Below, one piece after another: positions 1 to 20,429 of a DNA stretch of 63,988 nucleotides (its first letter is position 1; every line of letters starts with the position of its first letter). Below the pieces are notes generated by a model. That model saw only the letters and a list, made by a program, of their open reading frames with translations, made no database searches and was not told the DNA's origin. Location: contig JAWQFM010000011.1 in NCBI GenBank assembly GCA_033442325.1, positions 1,649,578 through 1,713,565 of the forward strand, in the 5' to 3' direction. The translations under genes were made by a program, and so were the position numbers. This stretch comes from Salpingoeca rosetta. Taxonomy: Eukaryota; Protista; Choanoflagellata.

Positions 1-1143
1 CCAATTGCTGTCAGGTCTGGTACCGTCGTTGTGGCGTCGTCACAGCAGCAACAAGAGGAGGGAGGAGGGGAGGAGGGCGAGCAGTTGACGGCGGATCAGC
101 GCAAGCACTGGTCGCGCGGGCAGCCCAACCCAATCAAGCTCGTCCCTGTTGGCACGGGCGCCATCACGTTGGATGGCACCACGGTCATCGCCGGCGCAGC
201 CCAGCAGCAGCAGATGCAGATGCAGATGCAGCAGGGTGGTGATGGTGGTGGCGCGGGTACGGCAACCACCGTTGTTGGGAGTGTCGTTGCGACGGCGACA
301 ACGAAGATTGAGACGGAAGATAGTGAATCTGTAGGAGCAGCTGCACAGAACGCGGCAGTGAAGGCAGCAGCAGCAGCGGCGGTGGCAACAGAGAATGAAG
401 AGCAGCAAGCAGAAGAGGACGAGGAGGCCAGCGATGAGGACAGCCATGATGACTCGGTACTGCGCGCTTTTGCGTGTATGAGTGTGTGTGTCTGCGCATA
501 TGTGTATGTCTGCGCATATGTGTATGTCGAGTAGGTGTGCTTGTGTCCAGAATGCGCAAGTGAGTGTCGTTCATTGTCCCGCCTTGTGGATGCCACCTTT
601 CGTTCACATCCTCACAGATTCTCATGCCGTGCCATGCACTCCCACAACCTGCCGCCCATCTGCTCCATGCAGGACTATGAGGAGATGCTCGCTTCGCTGA
701 AGAAGATTTTGGTGGCGCCAGAACGGAAAGCAAAGCCGGCAGCCGGCGGCGATGGTGATGGTGATGGCGATGGTGATGGTGATGGTGATGGTGATGATGA
801 AGGGGACGGGTACGAGAGCGATGACAGTTTCTTCGAAGAGGAAACGTCCAACGGTGACGATGACGATGAAGACGAAGAACAGGAGAAAACATTCAAGGTA
901 TGTGACACAGGTGCACGCACACACATGTTGCAGCGGTGGGTGCTCGCGCACAGAACTTGCATGTCTTCATGCAGTCTCTGACCTAACGTTTGTTACCTTG
1001 TGTTGTGTGTGTGCGTGCATCTCATGTGTGTGCATTCCATGTGCGTGCGTGCATCCCATGTGTGTGCGTGCATCTCATGTTTGCGTGTCTGCGCCAGCCC
1101 CCCAAGACAGAAGGCGAAGTGGACAGCGGCAGTGGCGGTGCTG

Positions 1144-1175
<32 letters not shown>

Positions 1176-1487
1176 ATGGATGCCATGCTCGCTTCCATGC
1201 AGCAGATGCTGTCAACCTCATCCAAACAGGACGAGCAACCCGGCACTACGGGCAGCGATGATGGCGATGGCAGTGGTATCAAGGCGGGCGTGAGCACCAC
1301 GAAAGCAGCGGGCACCCGTGCATCGTCGACGTCGACGGCTGCGAGGAAGGCGGAGGAGAGCGGGAAGAGTTTGTTCCAGCGGCTTGAGGAGACGCGCGTT
1401 TCGCTCGAGCAGAACTTGGGGGAGGACCTCTTCCTTGAAGGATACTCGCTCATCCAGAGCATCCAGGAAACAGAGGTGCGTGTGCGT

Positions 1488-1539
<52 letters not shown>

Positions 1540-1881
1540 GTGTGTGTTTGTTTGCTGGTGTGTGTGTGTGATGGGGGATGACGTGTTTGCTACATTTCCT
1601 GTTGATTCAACAAATTGTTCTCAAACATACGCTGGGCCCAACGTTTGTTTGTTGCGTTCGTTCCACGCCACGGCAGGACGAAGACGAGGAGCAGGACCTG
1701 CGCCAATCACTGGAGGAAATGCTTGGCGAAGAAAACTTGCAGGTGCGATGCGTGCACACGCCTGGTCACGCGGTGGGATTGGGAGCGGTGGTGTCTTGTC
1801 AAGCCCCCACACCAACCTCAACTTCGCTTGTGTTGTGCCTGCGCGTTTACACGCTCTCATCGGCTTTAATTCACACAATCA

Positions 1882-1953
<72 letters not shown>

Positions 1954-2576
1954 CAACAACAACAACAACAACAACACACGCTCCAGCTAACTACTCGATT
2001 CTCTGACAGCAAGGTAGACATATGGGGTGTCGCACCGTTCTCACATGCACAACAAGAGCTCAATGCCAACCCCAGGGCATTTAGACAAACGCCTGCATGG
2101 AATGCAGTCAGATGCTATCGTTTTGGGGGGGCGGTGGCACATGTGGGCTCTTAAATTATATACTTCCCAAGCCTAAGACAAGGAAAAGAGGTATCCACGT
2201 GGAACAGCTGCTGCACGCAGAAGATGATGAAGAAGACGAAGAAGGCGACAATGATGATGATGACGGCGAGGAGGAGGAGTACGATGATGATGAGGAGGAG
2301 GAGGAGGAGGATGCGACTGCGTTTGTGATTGAGAAGATTCGACTTGAAGAGAGCCTGAAGGCGCCACTCCCGCCAACAGACGACAACGCAGCAGCTGGTG
2401 ACAAGGAAGACGACAAGCAGGAGCAGAAGGGCGAGGAGGAAGCACAGGATGGTGGCATGGTGCCCGGGAGTGAGCAGGGCAGTGATGCTGTCAAGGAGAA
2501 GCAAGAGGAAGAAGAGGCAGATGAGGTGGAGGAAGATATCTCTCGCCCAGCGCCAAAGTGGCACTCTGCTGCTTGA
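1..2576 (+). CDS. 3' part of a NIMA-related (NEK1-like) kinase gene, multi-exon, 5'-truncated by the window
   Basis: Spliced acidic/low-complexity exons lead to SLFQRLEETRVSLEQNLGEDLFLEGYSLIQSIQE...DLRQSLEEMLGEENLQ...VEQLLHAED, which resembles the NEK1 C-terminal helical domain. The kinase domain is not in the window. The last acceptor is obscured by the foreign segment at about 1981-2192. Confidence 0.6.
1981..2192 (+). other. Compositionally foreign, stem-rich segment A (candidate structured ncRNA or artefact)
   Basis: Non-repetitive, TA-containing sequence after a (CA)n/(AAC)n tract. Nested stems AAGAGCTC/GGGCTCTT, AATGCC/GGCATT, CTGCAT/ATGCAG and GGTG/CACC. Confidence 0.45.
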
Positions 2577-2581
2577 ACTTG

Positions 2582-2674
<93 letters not shown>

Positions 2675-3308
2675 GAGGGAGGGAGGGAGGGAGAGGGTGT
2701 CCCAGAAACAGCTGATGCTGTGGTCCAGTGCTTTGTCATTGTTGTTGCTTTCTTCTCAGCATGGATGTCATGGATGGTTTCCCATTCGATTTCAGTTCAT
2801 GTCAACCAATCTTCCACCTTTCGTTGTTTTCCCAGCAGCTTTGTTTAATTACACGAGCTCGTGTCAGTGCACGTGGAACACAAAGAACGACACAACAAAA
2901 CCGCACAGCACATGCTCAGGAGGACCCTCTCTATACACAGCAAGACACCCAACATCACGAACACACACACACACTCACACACACATCACTCACACACACA
3001 TCACTCACACACAGGCTCAGAAAGTAACAACGGCTGTCGCACAAGAGAGCGGCAACCACGAAGCAAAACAATGACAAGGCAGAAGAAGTTGGGGCTACTG
3101 TATAACTCATCAAATCACACACACACGTACACAAGAACAGTGAGAACGAAGAAAGATGAATGAAAATGACACGAGGCCGAAAAGCGTAAGGAACACGAGA
3201 GGCCAGCAGCGGCCCCAGCCACAGCTGCCCCCCCCCCCCACACACACACATACACACACATATACACACACGGGTGCAAACAGAATAAGTCTTCTTCTCG
3301 TTTGTCGT

Positions 3309-11967
<8,659 letters not shown>

Positions 11968-13400
11968 GGTTGCTGTTGAAACACAGAGAGAGTGTATGTG
12001 AGTGTAAGTGTGTGAGTGTGTGAGTGTGTGTGTGTGAGTGGAGTGGTGGATGAAGGACTCGTGCATAACGTCTTGTACAGCTCTACATGTACACGAAGTA
12101 CAACGACAAGACGGTACACGAACTGCAGCTGTTTGAGCAACATCGGCAGGACACAGGCATGCTGTCGCGACAGCGTTCTTATCCGTACCGTATCACGCAG
12201 GAAGCAAGGAAAGCAAGCAAGCAAGCAGCGACGGTGGCTGCGTGCAAGGACCAAGGTGGTAGATTTAAGGCCTGAAGCACACACAGCGGTGGCAAGAACG
12301 AAAACGAGCTGGCTGCGATTGCGCCGGCAGAAAGGAGGTGTGAGCGCAGGCCGTTGTGCGATACGTTGGTTTGCGTTCTGTTGGCTTGCGTTGCTTGCAG
12401 GCACGAGCACAACGATGAAAAAACATGCACGAATGGAAACAGACACAATGGGAACAGAGCAACCCTCGCACGCTGTGGATGGCTGAGGGTTTGGTGTGCT
12501 CGCATGCATTCAATGACCACCAGACCATTCCTCAGCTTCAAAACGAGCGGGTGCGCTGCAGGGTGCGCTGCAGGGTGCGTACCGGTCAAGACGCTGTGGA
12601 GGAAAGCAAAGGGGCGAACGGCTCGGTGCCGATGGGTGGTGCTTTCTTGTTCGGGAGTGGTGGGTCGTGGAGGTTTGTGCTGCTGCCTGACAAACAACCC
12701 CAGCGCACAACAAGCACACGGGCAGCTTGCGAAGCTGTGTCGCGCAGCGCAGAGAGGGAGAGGGAGAGAGGGGGGAGAGGGAGGGAGGTTGGCAAACGCA
12801 TGCACACAATGAGAGGCAGCAATGAAACATGCGCGATCGGGTGTGTGAAGCAGGTGGGTGCGTCACGCAGGCGTAGAGGGCAGACTTGCACAGGTTGGGT
12901 GGCGCAGCTATGACAGAGTTAAGCTCGCAGAGGGTGGCGTGGCTGCATGTTGTTCCCCACCTTGTTGTTGGTTGTTGGTTGGTGTTTGGTGTTTGGTGTT
13001 TGGTGTTGGTGCTGGCGGTCAGTGGATTTGGGGTGTTTGGCGGGTGAGGTGCGCTTTTTGCGAGATCCCCACAAGAAGGCAGAGAGGCAAAACAAAGCCC
13101 AGCCCACGAGTGGACCAATCAGGTCGCACGAATCCGCGTGCATGCAGGCAAGCACAAGGAAAAACAAACGGGCAGCACAATACTTATTTTCTTGTGCTTT
13201 GAGCTGGTGCGTTTTGTGCTGTCGGATATTGGTATCAGCAGGAAAAAGTGCTGACAGCCAAACGCACATTGCGTCGCACAAGCAGAGAAGCAGGTGCACA
13301 ACACACCACACACCACACACACTGCAAGTAGCAGCACCATCAACAACAGCAGCACCACTGCGCCCACACTGCGCCAACAAGGAAGCGCAAAACAGGAACA

Positions 13401-15093
13401 ATGACGACCGTGGTTGTTGACGGGCGGGCGTATGATGGGGAGCGCTTCGCGCGTGTGCATCCTGGCGGACACACGTTTGTTGCGCTGTACGGTGGCCGGG
13501 ATGCGTCGGATGCGTTTGCCACGTACCATCGCCGCCGATTTCCACACGAGAAAATGGCCCAGTATCGCATCGAAGAGAAGCAACAGGCAAGCACATGCGC
13601 TCTGTGCGTGGCTGTGAGTGTGTGTGTGTGTGCGTGAGTGTGTGTGTGTGAGTGTGTGAGCGCTCTGTGCGTGTGAGTGCTCTGTGCGTGTGAGTGTGTG
13701 AGTGGTTGAGTGTGTGAGTGACTGTGTGAGTGTGCGAGTGGCTGTGTGAGTGTGTGAGTGTGTGAGTGAGTGTGAGTGGCTGTGTGTGTGAGTGAGTGAG
13801 TGAGTGAGTGAGTGTGTAGATCGTGTGTGGATTGTGTGCTCGCACCTACCCCTTGCCTTCGTCACTGTCTCTGTCACATACACACACGCACACACACTCT
13901 CACACACACACACGCACACACACACACACACACTCTCTCTCTCTCTCTCTCTCACACGCGCGCGCTATCTCCACCACCTAGGAGAAAGAGGCGGGGATGA
14001 CGGCCAGCACCTCGTCGACGTGTCAGCAGGACGAGGACTTTTTCGAGCTGTGCAAGGAGGTCAACTCGTTCCTGTACAAGACCCACCGCAACAAAGGATT
14101 TGCGCCCACGCGCTACTTTGCCAAGGCCATCCTGCTCATGGCCCTGGAGATGTTCTTCGAGTACCAGCTCATCACGGCACCGACCCTGCTCAAGGGCTTC
14201 GTTGTGGGCCTCCTCGTCGCCCTTATTGGCCTGAACATCCAGCACGACGCAAACCACGGCTCGCTCTCCCCGAAGCCGTGGGTCAACACGCTCTTTGGCT
14301 TTGCCCAGGACTGGATCGGTGGCAACAGCCTGCTGTGGCTGCAGCAGCACGTGGCCATCCACCACGTCGAGTGCAATGACCTCGACCACGACAAGGACAT
14401 GCTTGAGACCCCACTGCTTCGCTTCTCCCCCCTGCATGGCAAGTACGCCTGGCAGGCGCTGCAGCACGTCTACTTTGTGCTGCTGGAGGCCGGGTACGCC
14501 ACCAAGGTCCTGCTTGCAGACTGGTACAACCTCCTCATGAACATGTACGAGGGTGTCCCCATCAGCCCGCTGGTACGCCCCTGGCGCTGGTGGGCCTCGG
14601 TCGCCGCGCGTGTCGTGTGGACCCTCCGCCTCATCGTCATCCCGCTCTACCTCCACTCCTGGCAGGTGTGTCTTGTGTGTGTGTGTGTCTTGTGTGTGTG
14701 TGTGCGTGTATGTGTGTGTGTTGTGTGTTTGTGTTTGCCTGTGCCTGTGTGTGTGTGCCTGTGTGTGTGTCTGTCTGTCTGTCTGTCTGTCCCGTCTGTC
14801 TGTCTGTGTGTGTGTCTGTCTGTCCCGTCTGTGTGTCTGTGTGTCTGTATGTCTGTCAACGTGTATGGTTGTGCGTTTTACTTGTCTTGTGTCACCGATC
14901 AAGACGCCGAAGCATTGTGTGTTTGCACACCGATCGTCCCATCTCACCCCGCGCAACCTTCTCCAATCTCCCCTCTCAGGTGTATCTGCCGTGCCTTGCT
15001 GTCATGGCGATGGTTGGCGGGTTCTATCTCGCCTTCTTCTTCCTCCTCTCGCACAACTTTGAGGGCGTCTACCACGTCGTCAACAACAAAGTG

Positions 15094-15124
<31 letters not shown>

Positions 15125-15128
15125 ACTG

Positions 15129-15167
<39 letters not shown>

Positions 15168-15524
15168 TGTAGGACAATTATGGGAGTGAACGATAGGTGG
15201 AACCTCATTCCCCAGGCGACTCGCAAAAGCAGATATCTCGTCGGGTCAGGGGCCATGGTTAACCGCCGTATAGGCCAGCACCCCGGAGCGCTGATTCAGG
15301 CCTACGAAATGTGGATACCCTATGGGATTCGATAAACACACTGGCGGGCAGAGAGGTGAGCGTGGTTAGCCGCTTGACAACCGTATGACCGGTTTCACGT
15401 TCGGGCGTTGGGAGAACACGCGGGGCGAGAAAGAAGCTCCCTCAAAGGGGTTTCTCGCTCCTTTGACAGCTAGACCCAGGGGTCGGCGTAGTGTGTGTGT
15501 GTGTGTTGTTGTGTGTGTGTGTAC

Positions 15525-15566
<42 letters not shown>

Positions 15567-15940
15567 GATGTGTGTGTGTGTGTGTGTGTGTGTACTGATG
15601 TGTGTGACCGCGTCCACGGTACAAGCCCCCATTCTCACCCCTGCCACCCTGCCACCCCGCCTCCCCCCCCCCTTGATCAGCTCGTGCCGTCGTCCGACCC
15701 GGTGAACCCGAAGAAGGCGCTGCCGAACACGCTGCTGGGGCGGCAGGTGCTCACGTCCTCAAACGTTGGCGGCGCGCTCCTCGCAGAACTCAACGGTGGC
15801 CTCAACTACCAGGTGGTGCAGCCATGTCTTTCGAGAAGCCCTTGTTCATGTCGAAGATGAATGCACACACGCACGCACACGAAAGATATGCACGTAATCA
15901 CACACACGCACACACATGCACACGAAAGATATGCACGTAA

Positions 15941-16013
<73 letters not shown>

Positions 16014-16328
16014 AACACACGCACACAAACACACGCACGCACTCTCTCGCTGTCTCACGTGCACTCCATCCACCACAACTTACACCCGTACGGCTCTTCC
16101 TTCCCCACCCACCCTCGTCGCCCTCGCCCGCGTTACCAGATTGAGCACCACCTATTCCCGCGTATCCACCACAACCACTACGCGGCCATCTCCCCGATTG
16201 TACGCCGCTTCTGCGAGAAGAAGGGCATTGCATACGTGCACTTCCCGACCATCTGGGACAACTTCAAGTCAACCTCCAACTTCCTCCGCGCACAGGGCAT
16301 CTCCTCGCTCATGAAGCGCAAAGTCTAG
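13401..16328 (+). CDS. Cytochrome-b5-fused front-end fatty acid desaturase (delta-5/delta-6 type)
   Basis: HPGG heme motif in exon 1. His boxes HDANH, QHVAIHH and Q/IEHHLFP (GGLNYQ|IEHHLFP across an intron). Hydrophobic segments; about 5 exons. Confidence 0.92.
15165..15490 (+). other. Compositionally foreign, stem-rich intronic segment B (candidate structured ncRNA or artefact)
   Basis: Lies between (TG)n tracts in a desaturase intron. Strong hairpin at 15422-15461 (GGGGCGAGAAA/TTTCTCGCTCC plus an inner stem), hairpin at 15181-15214, and stems TAGGCC/GGCCTA and CCGCC/GGCGG. Confidence 0.5.
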
Positions 16329-16398
16329 AGCCGTGGCGTTCACGTGCGCACACACTTCCAAAAAGGTTCCCCAATGAACCACAACACGCGCACACACG

Positions 16399-16462
<64 letters not shown>

Positions 16463-17024
16463 GCCAGGTTGGTGTGGTGTGCCACTCTCCTCCATTCCCC
16501 CCTTTTGCTCCTTGCCGATACTCGGTGTTTGGCTTGTGCATAATCATCTTGTGATCGCTGGTGTGGCTTGCGCTGCACACCGCGTCTTGTCTTTCCTCAT
16601 GTCTCACCACTTCACATCATGGCACCCCCACTGTGTTCACCACTTGTTGTTGTTGTTGTTTCTGCTCTTCTTCTGCTCTTCTTCTGCTGTCATTGCGGTG
16701 CGTTCATGCTGCGTTGAGGCACGGGGTTGTTCTTTTTTTTGGATAGGATTATGATGTTTGTTGCTGTCGTTGTATTGGCTGCGGCCATCTCGGTGTCATT
16801 GAACGACCCCCTCCCCAGCACAAAAAGGCAAGAGACGAGAATCGCCTACAACGCTGAGACATGAGTGATGCAGCACAAGCACAAGCACCAGCACGAAGCA
16901 CCACACCAACCATCAAGCAGTATCGTACACTCACTCAAACACAACAAGCACACAAACAGGAGAAACGCGCAAGAAACAAAAAAAAAAAAAAAAGACACAC
17001 AAGACAACCTGTGAGGCGATCACA

Positions 17025-18080
17025 TCACTCCTCTTCGTTGTTCTCCTCCTCCTCCTCCTCCTCATCCTCATCATCATCATCATCATCATCCCCTTCGTCG
17101 TCGTCACCAGCTCCATCTTGCTCATTACCATCATCACCATCGTCACCTCCGTCCTGCTCCCTTTCCTGTCGCTCGTTTCCCTCCTCCTCCTGTTCATCGT
17201 CATCCTCAGCCTGCTGCTGCTGCTGTGGACGGCGCACCCCCGTGGCACGTGGGCGCTCGCGTGGCTTGCGGAGGCAGATGAGCGCAATGATGCCGCCGAC
17301 AACAGCCGTGGCGGCAATGCCCAGGTGTGGCTTGTCCTGCAGTTCATCCAGTAGGAGCTCGAGCTGGAACGCAAGTCCACCCTCCCCGGACGCAATGTCC
17401 TCTGCCTTTCGCTTCTCCGCCCACTGCTGGGCGAGGGCGTCGGCCCCCTCGTGCGACGACGTGATGAGGATGTTGGAGAACGACACGCCCTTGGTCACCG
17501 TCCACAGCTCAAAGGCGGCTGCGCCAATCGGGGCAAGCTTGTGGAACGGGTCGCTCTCTTCAAAGTGCTCTGGGTTTGGAATCTGTCGCGGCGCCCACAC
17601 CCCCATGTAGTTTGGGTTGTTGATCCTGCGTGGCTTCCACTTGCCCTTGTAGGCCGGGTTGGGGATGGTGGGGCGCACCCAGGGACCACAGCCCGTGTCG
17701 CATGCCGGGTTTGGCACGAGCGGGGCCTCCCACTCGCCGTCCTCCTCCTCGTCCCAGTCCTCGGGCTGCACGGCCTCAGGGTCTGGGATGAGCTCAGGCG
17801 CGCTCTCGTCCCACTCGGGCGGCATGGTGGCGTCCATATCCGGGATGGTGGCGGGGGCGTCCTCGTCCCAGTCGTCAGGCTTCACGTCCTCAGGGTCATC
17901 AATCTGTTTGGTGAAGCGTGTGGTGAGGGAGCGAGGGATGGGGGTGGTGGTCAGTTGAATTGATGGACAAGGCGGGGGGGGGGGGTGTAATGCAGCCAGA
18001 CACAGCCAGACAGCCAGACAGCCCGACAGCCAGACCGACAGGGACAAAGATTTGCAGTCATGCAGACGCACAGAGGGGAA

Positions 18081-18148
<68 letters not shown>

Positions 18149-18644
18149 CAACGTACATTCCATGGCTACTGTAGAGGCATATATCGCGCGGTGCGCATCC
18201 GTGCTGGTCAGAGCCGCGACAAAAAGAGACTCTTGACCAACAGTAGCTGTCTTCTGCGGTCTGTCATATAGCTTCAAGCGTTTCTATGCGACCCTCAGCC
18301 AGTGGTGCGCGCAGCATACTATCAAATGGGCCTATAAATACTTTTCTTTCCAGAACGAAAGCCGTGCTTTACTGTTCCGGGATCGAACCTTTCGCATCGC
18401 TGCAAGAGGCTCCGAAGACCCAGAGTCCCTTTCTTCTGTATAAATTGCGAGACGGAGCGCCTTATACGGGAGAACGACGCGACATAGATGCCATGACGGT
18501 GTACTTTGGCTCAAGTATGGCGGTCTCCAGGAAACAACNNNNNNNNNNNNNNNNNNNNNNNNNNNNNNNNNNNNNNNNNNNNNNNNNNNNNNNNNNNNNN
18601 NNNNNNNNNNNNNNNNNNNNNNNNNNNNNNNNNNNNNNATGAGC

Positions 18645-18704
<60 letters not shown>

Positions 18705-19920
18705 GTACGTGGACATATACACGCACACACAAGCAGAAACACACGCATGCATCACCTTACCCCCCCCCCCCCACACACACGCAGACAGAGCGCGTACCAT
18801 TTCGCGGTCGTCCCAGTCCTCTGGCTTGAAGTCTGTTGGGTCGTCGATGGTGGGGCTGGGCATGAGGGCAGGGTCAAAGTCATCCTTGGCGGTGAGAACG
18901 CCGCGGCTCACCTCCTCGCCGTTGATGTGCAGCGAAAACGTGTTGTCTGGCCGCAGGACGAGAGCGACGAGGTTGGTGCGGGTGTGGCTGAAGAGGAGCG
19001 ACTCCGACGCAGACACCTGGCGCGCGTGCACCTCCTTGTACTCGCCAGTGACCGGGTGCTTGAAGCGGTAGATGAACCGCAGGTGGTTGGAGGCGCCGCA
19101 CTTGTCTGGCCCAAACAGGATGGTGTACGGCGTCTTGTCCGTGAGCTGGGAGAGGTCCAGGTCGTCTGTGTTGGTGAGCAGCTTCATGTAGGCGCCGCCA
19201 CACTCCATGGGCTCCTCGAACCGCACTTCGTACTGCACAATGAGGTCGTCGTCCTTGTCCTCAAAGGTCACTGGGGTGTCGAGCTGGCGGCTCAGCCCGT
19301 AGTGCTTGTGGGCCGCAGCCATCACCAGGCGCGCGCCGTTGTCGTCCTCCTTCAGTTTCCACTGGCCGTTGTACTTGCCAATGGCGTCGCTCACGCCCGC
19401 CTTCTTGGCCTCAGAGTGCACCCACCGCTGCATCCACCCGGCGCCATCTTCAAACGTCTCCTTCAAGTGTGTCGTCGCCTACCAACACGTGTGCATGCGT
19501 GTGAGCGAGATAGGGAGAGATAGTGAGAGGGAAAGAGAGTGTGTGTATGTGTGTGTGTGTGTGCCTCTGTGTGTGTTGTGTGTGTATGTGTGTGCATGTG
19601 TGTGCATGTGTGTGTATGTGTGTGTATGTGTGTGTGTGTGTATGAAACCGAGCCAACACCAATGCTGATGATGTGTCCGTCTCTTGTTCACAAGAGCAGC
19701 CAGGCTTCAAGACACACCTCCTCAAAACACACCACAGCCTTATTTCCCCCATCCCGCGCGCTTGCAGCACCCCCCTCTCCCTCTCTCCCTCTCTGTTCCC
19801 CTCCCCCCCCCCTTCCCCTGCCCCTCTTCTCCATTGTCTTACCTGGCATGTCGGCACCGTCGCAAGCGCCACAGCGCCAACAAGCAGCGCAGCCACAGCC
19901 GCCACCACTGTCATCCTCAT
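17025..19920 (-). CDS. CANX: Calnexin
   Basis: Signal peptide; lectin motifs QYEVRF..CGGAYMKLL and PYTILFGPDKCG; P-domain repeats IDDPxDxKPEDWD, GEWEAPLVPNP and GKWKPRRINNPNY; single TM segment and acidic tail. Three exons. Confidence 0.95.
18151..18538 (+). other. Compositionally foreign, stem-rich intronic segment C abutting an N gap (candidate structured ncRNA, antisense to calnexin, or artefact)
   Basis: 11-bp stem 18162-18172/18240-18250 enclosing TGGTCA/TGACCA. Further hairpins AAAGC/GCTTT, TCGCA/TGCGA and GTACTT/AAGTAT. G-U pairs favour the + strand. Confidence 0.5.
18539..18638. other. Assembly gap (100 N)
   Basis: Run of N. Confidence 1.
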
Positions 19921-20429
19921 ATCGTGTGTGTGTGTGTGTGTCTTGTTTGCTGACGTGGTGCAGGCCGTGCAATAAGTGCTGACTCAGCAGAAATAGCTGG
20001 TTGGATACGAAAACGAATAGACCCAAAGAACCACAACACCCACCGAGCAGCAGCTGAGGTCCTTGCTGCCCTCACCCACCTGTCAACTCACCTCAAATCA
20101 CCTTCTTGCGTGATAACGATAGCAAACAAGCCTTCCACCGACCAAGCTTCACCGCTTGTCGTTGGCTTTGCCGCCGTATTGAGATACTGTTTCTTTTCCT
20201 CTTCGTAGTCCTTCGTCTCTTTCTTTCTCCAGCCAGCAACCAAGGATCAACTCCACAGCGACAGCAGCGGCAACGACAGCACCCATAATCACACACGTGC
20301 ACACACACACACACACACATACACACACACACAGCGCTGTGCTGGCTGGACAGATAACGCGCTGGCGCTGGCGTTACTGGTAGTGCGAGCTGTTCCTTTG
20401 CTTGCGTACCTCGCCCTCACCCCCGTGAG

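Noticed and set aside
13581-13620. Possible GC-AG intron in the desaturase (CAG|GCAAGC)
   Set aside because: An in-phase canonical GTGAGT donor lies about 27 nt downstream, so this cannot be resolved from sequence alone.
15291-15312. Hammerhead-like CTGA...CGAAA
   Set aside because: The core reads CTGATTC rather than CTGANGA, and stem II is not formed.
15876-15950. Short intronic tandem duplications (also about 11826-11870, 12550-12580, 55058-55150 and 55515-55572)
   Set aside because: Two to three copies of local slippage duplications with no unique spacers; not CRISPR or mobile elements.
18378-18390. GGTTCGATCCC (tRNA B-box-like) on the minus strand
   Set aside because: The T-arm stem does not pair, and there is no A-box or cloverleaf.
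18441-18453. Group I intron P-like AAATTGCG
   Set aside because: No Q, R or S elements follow in the right order.
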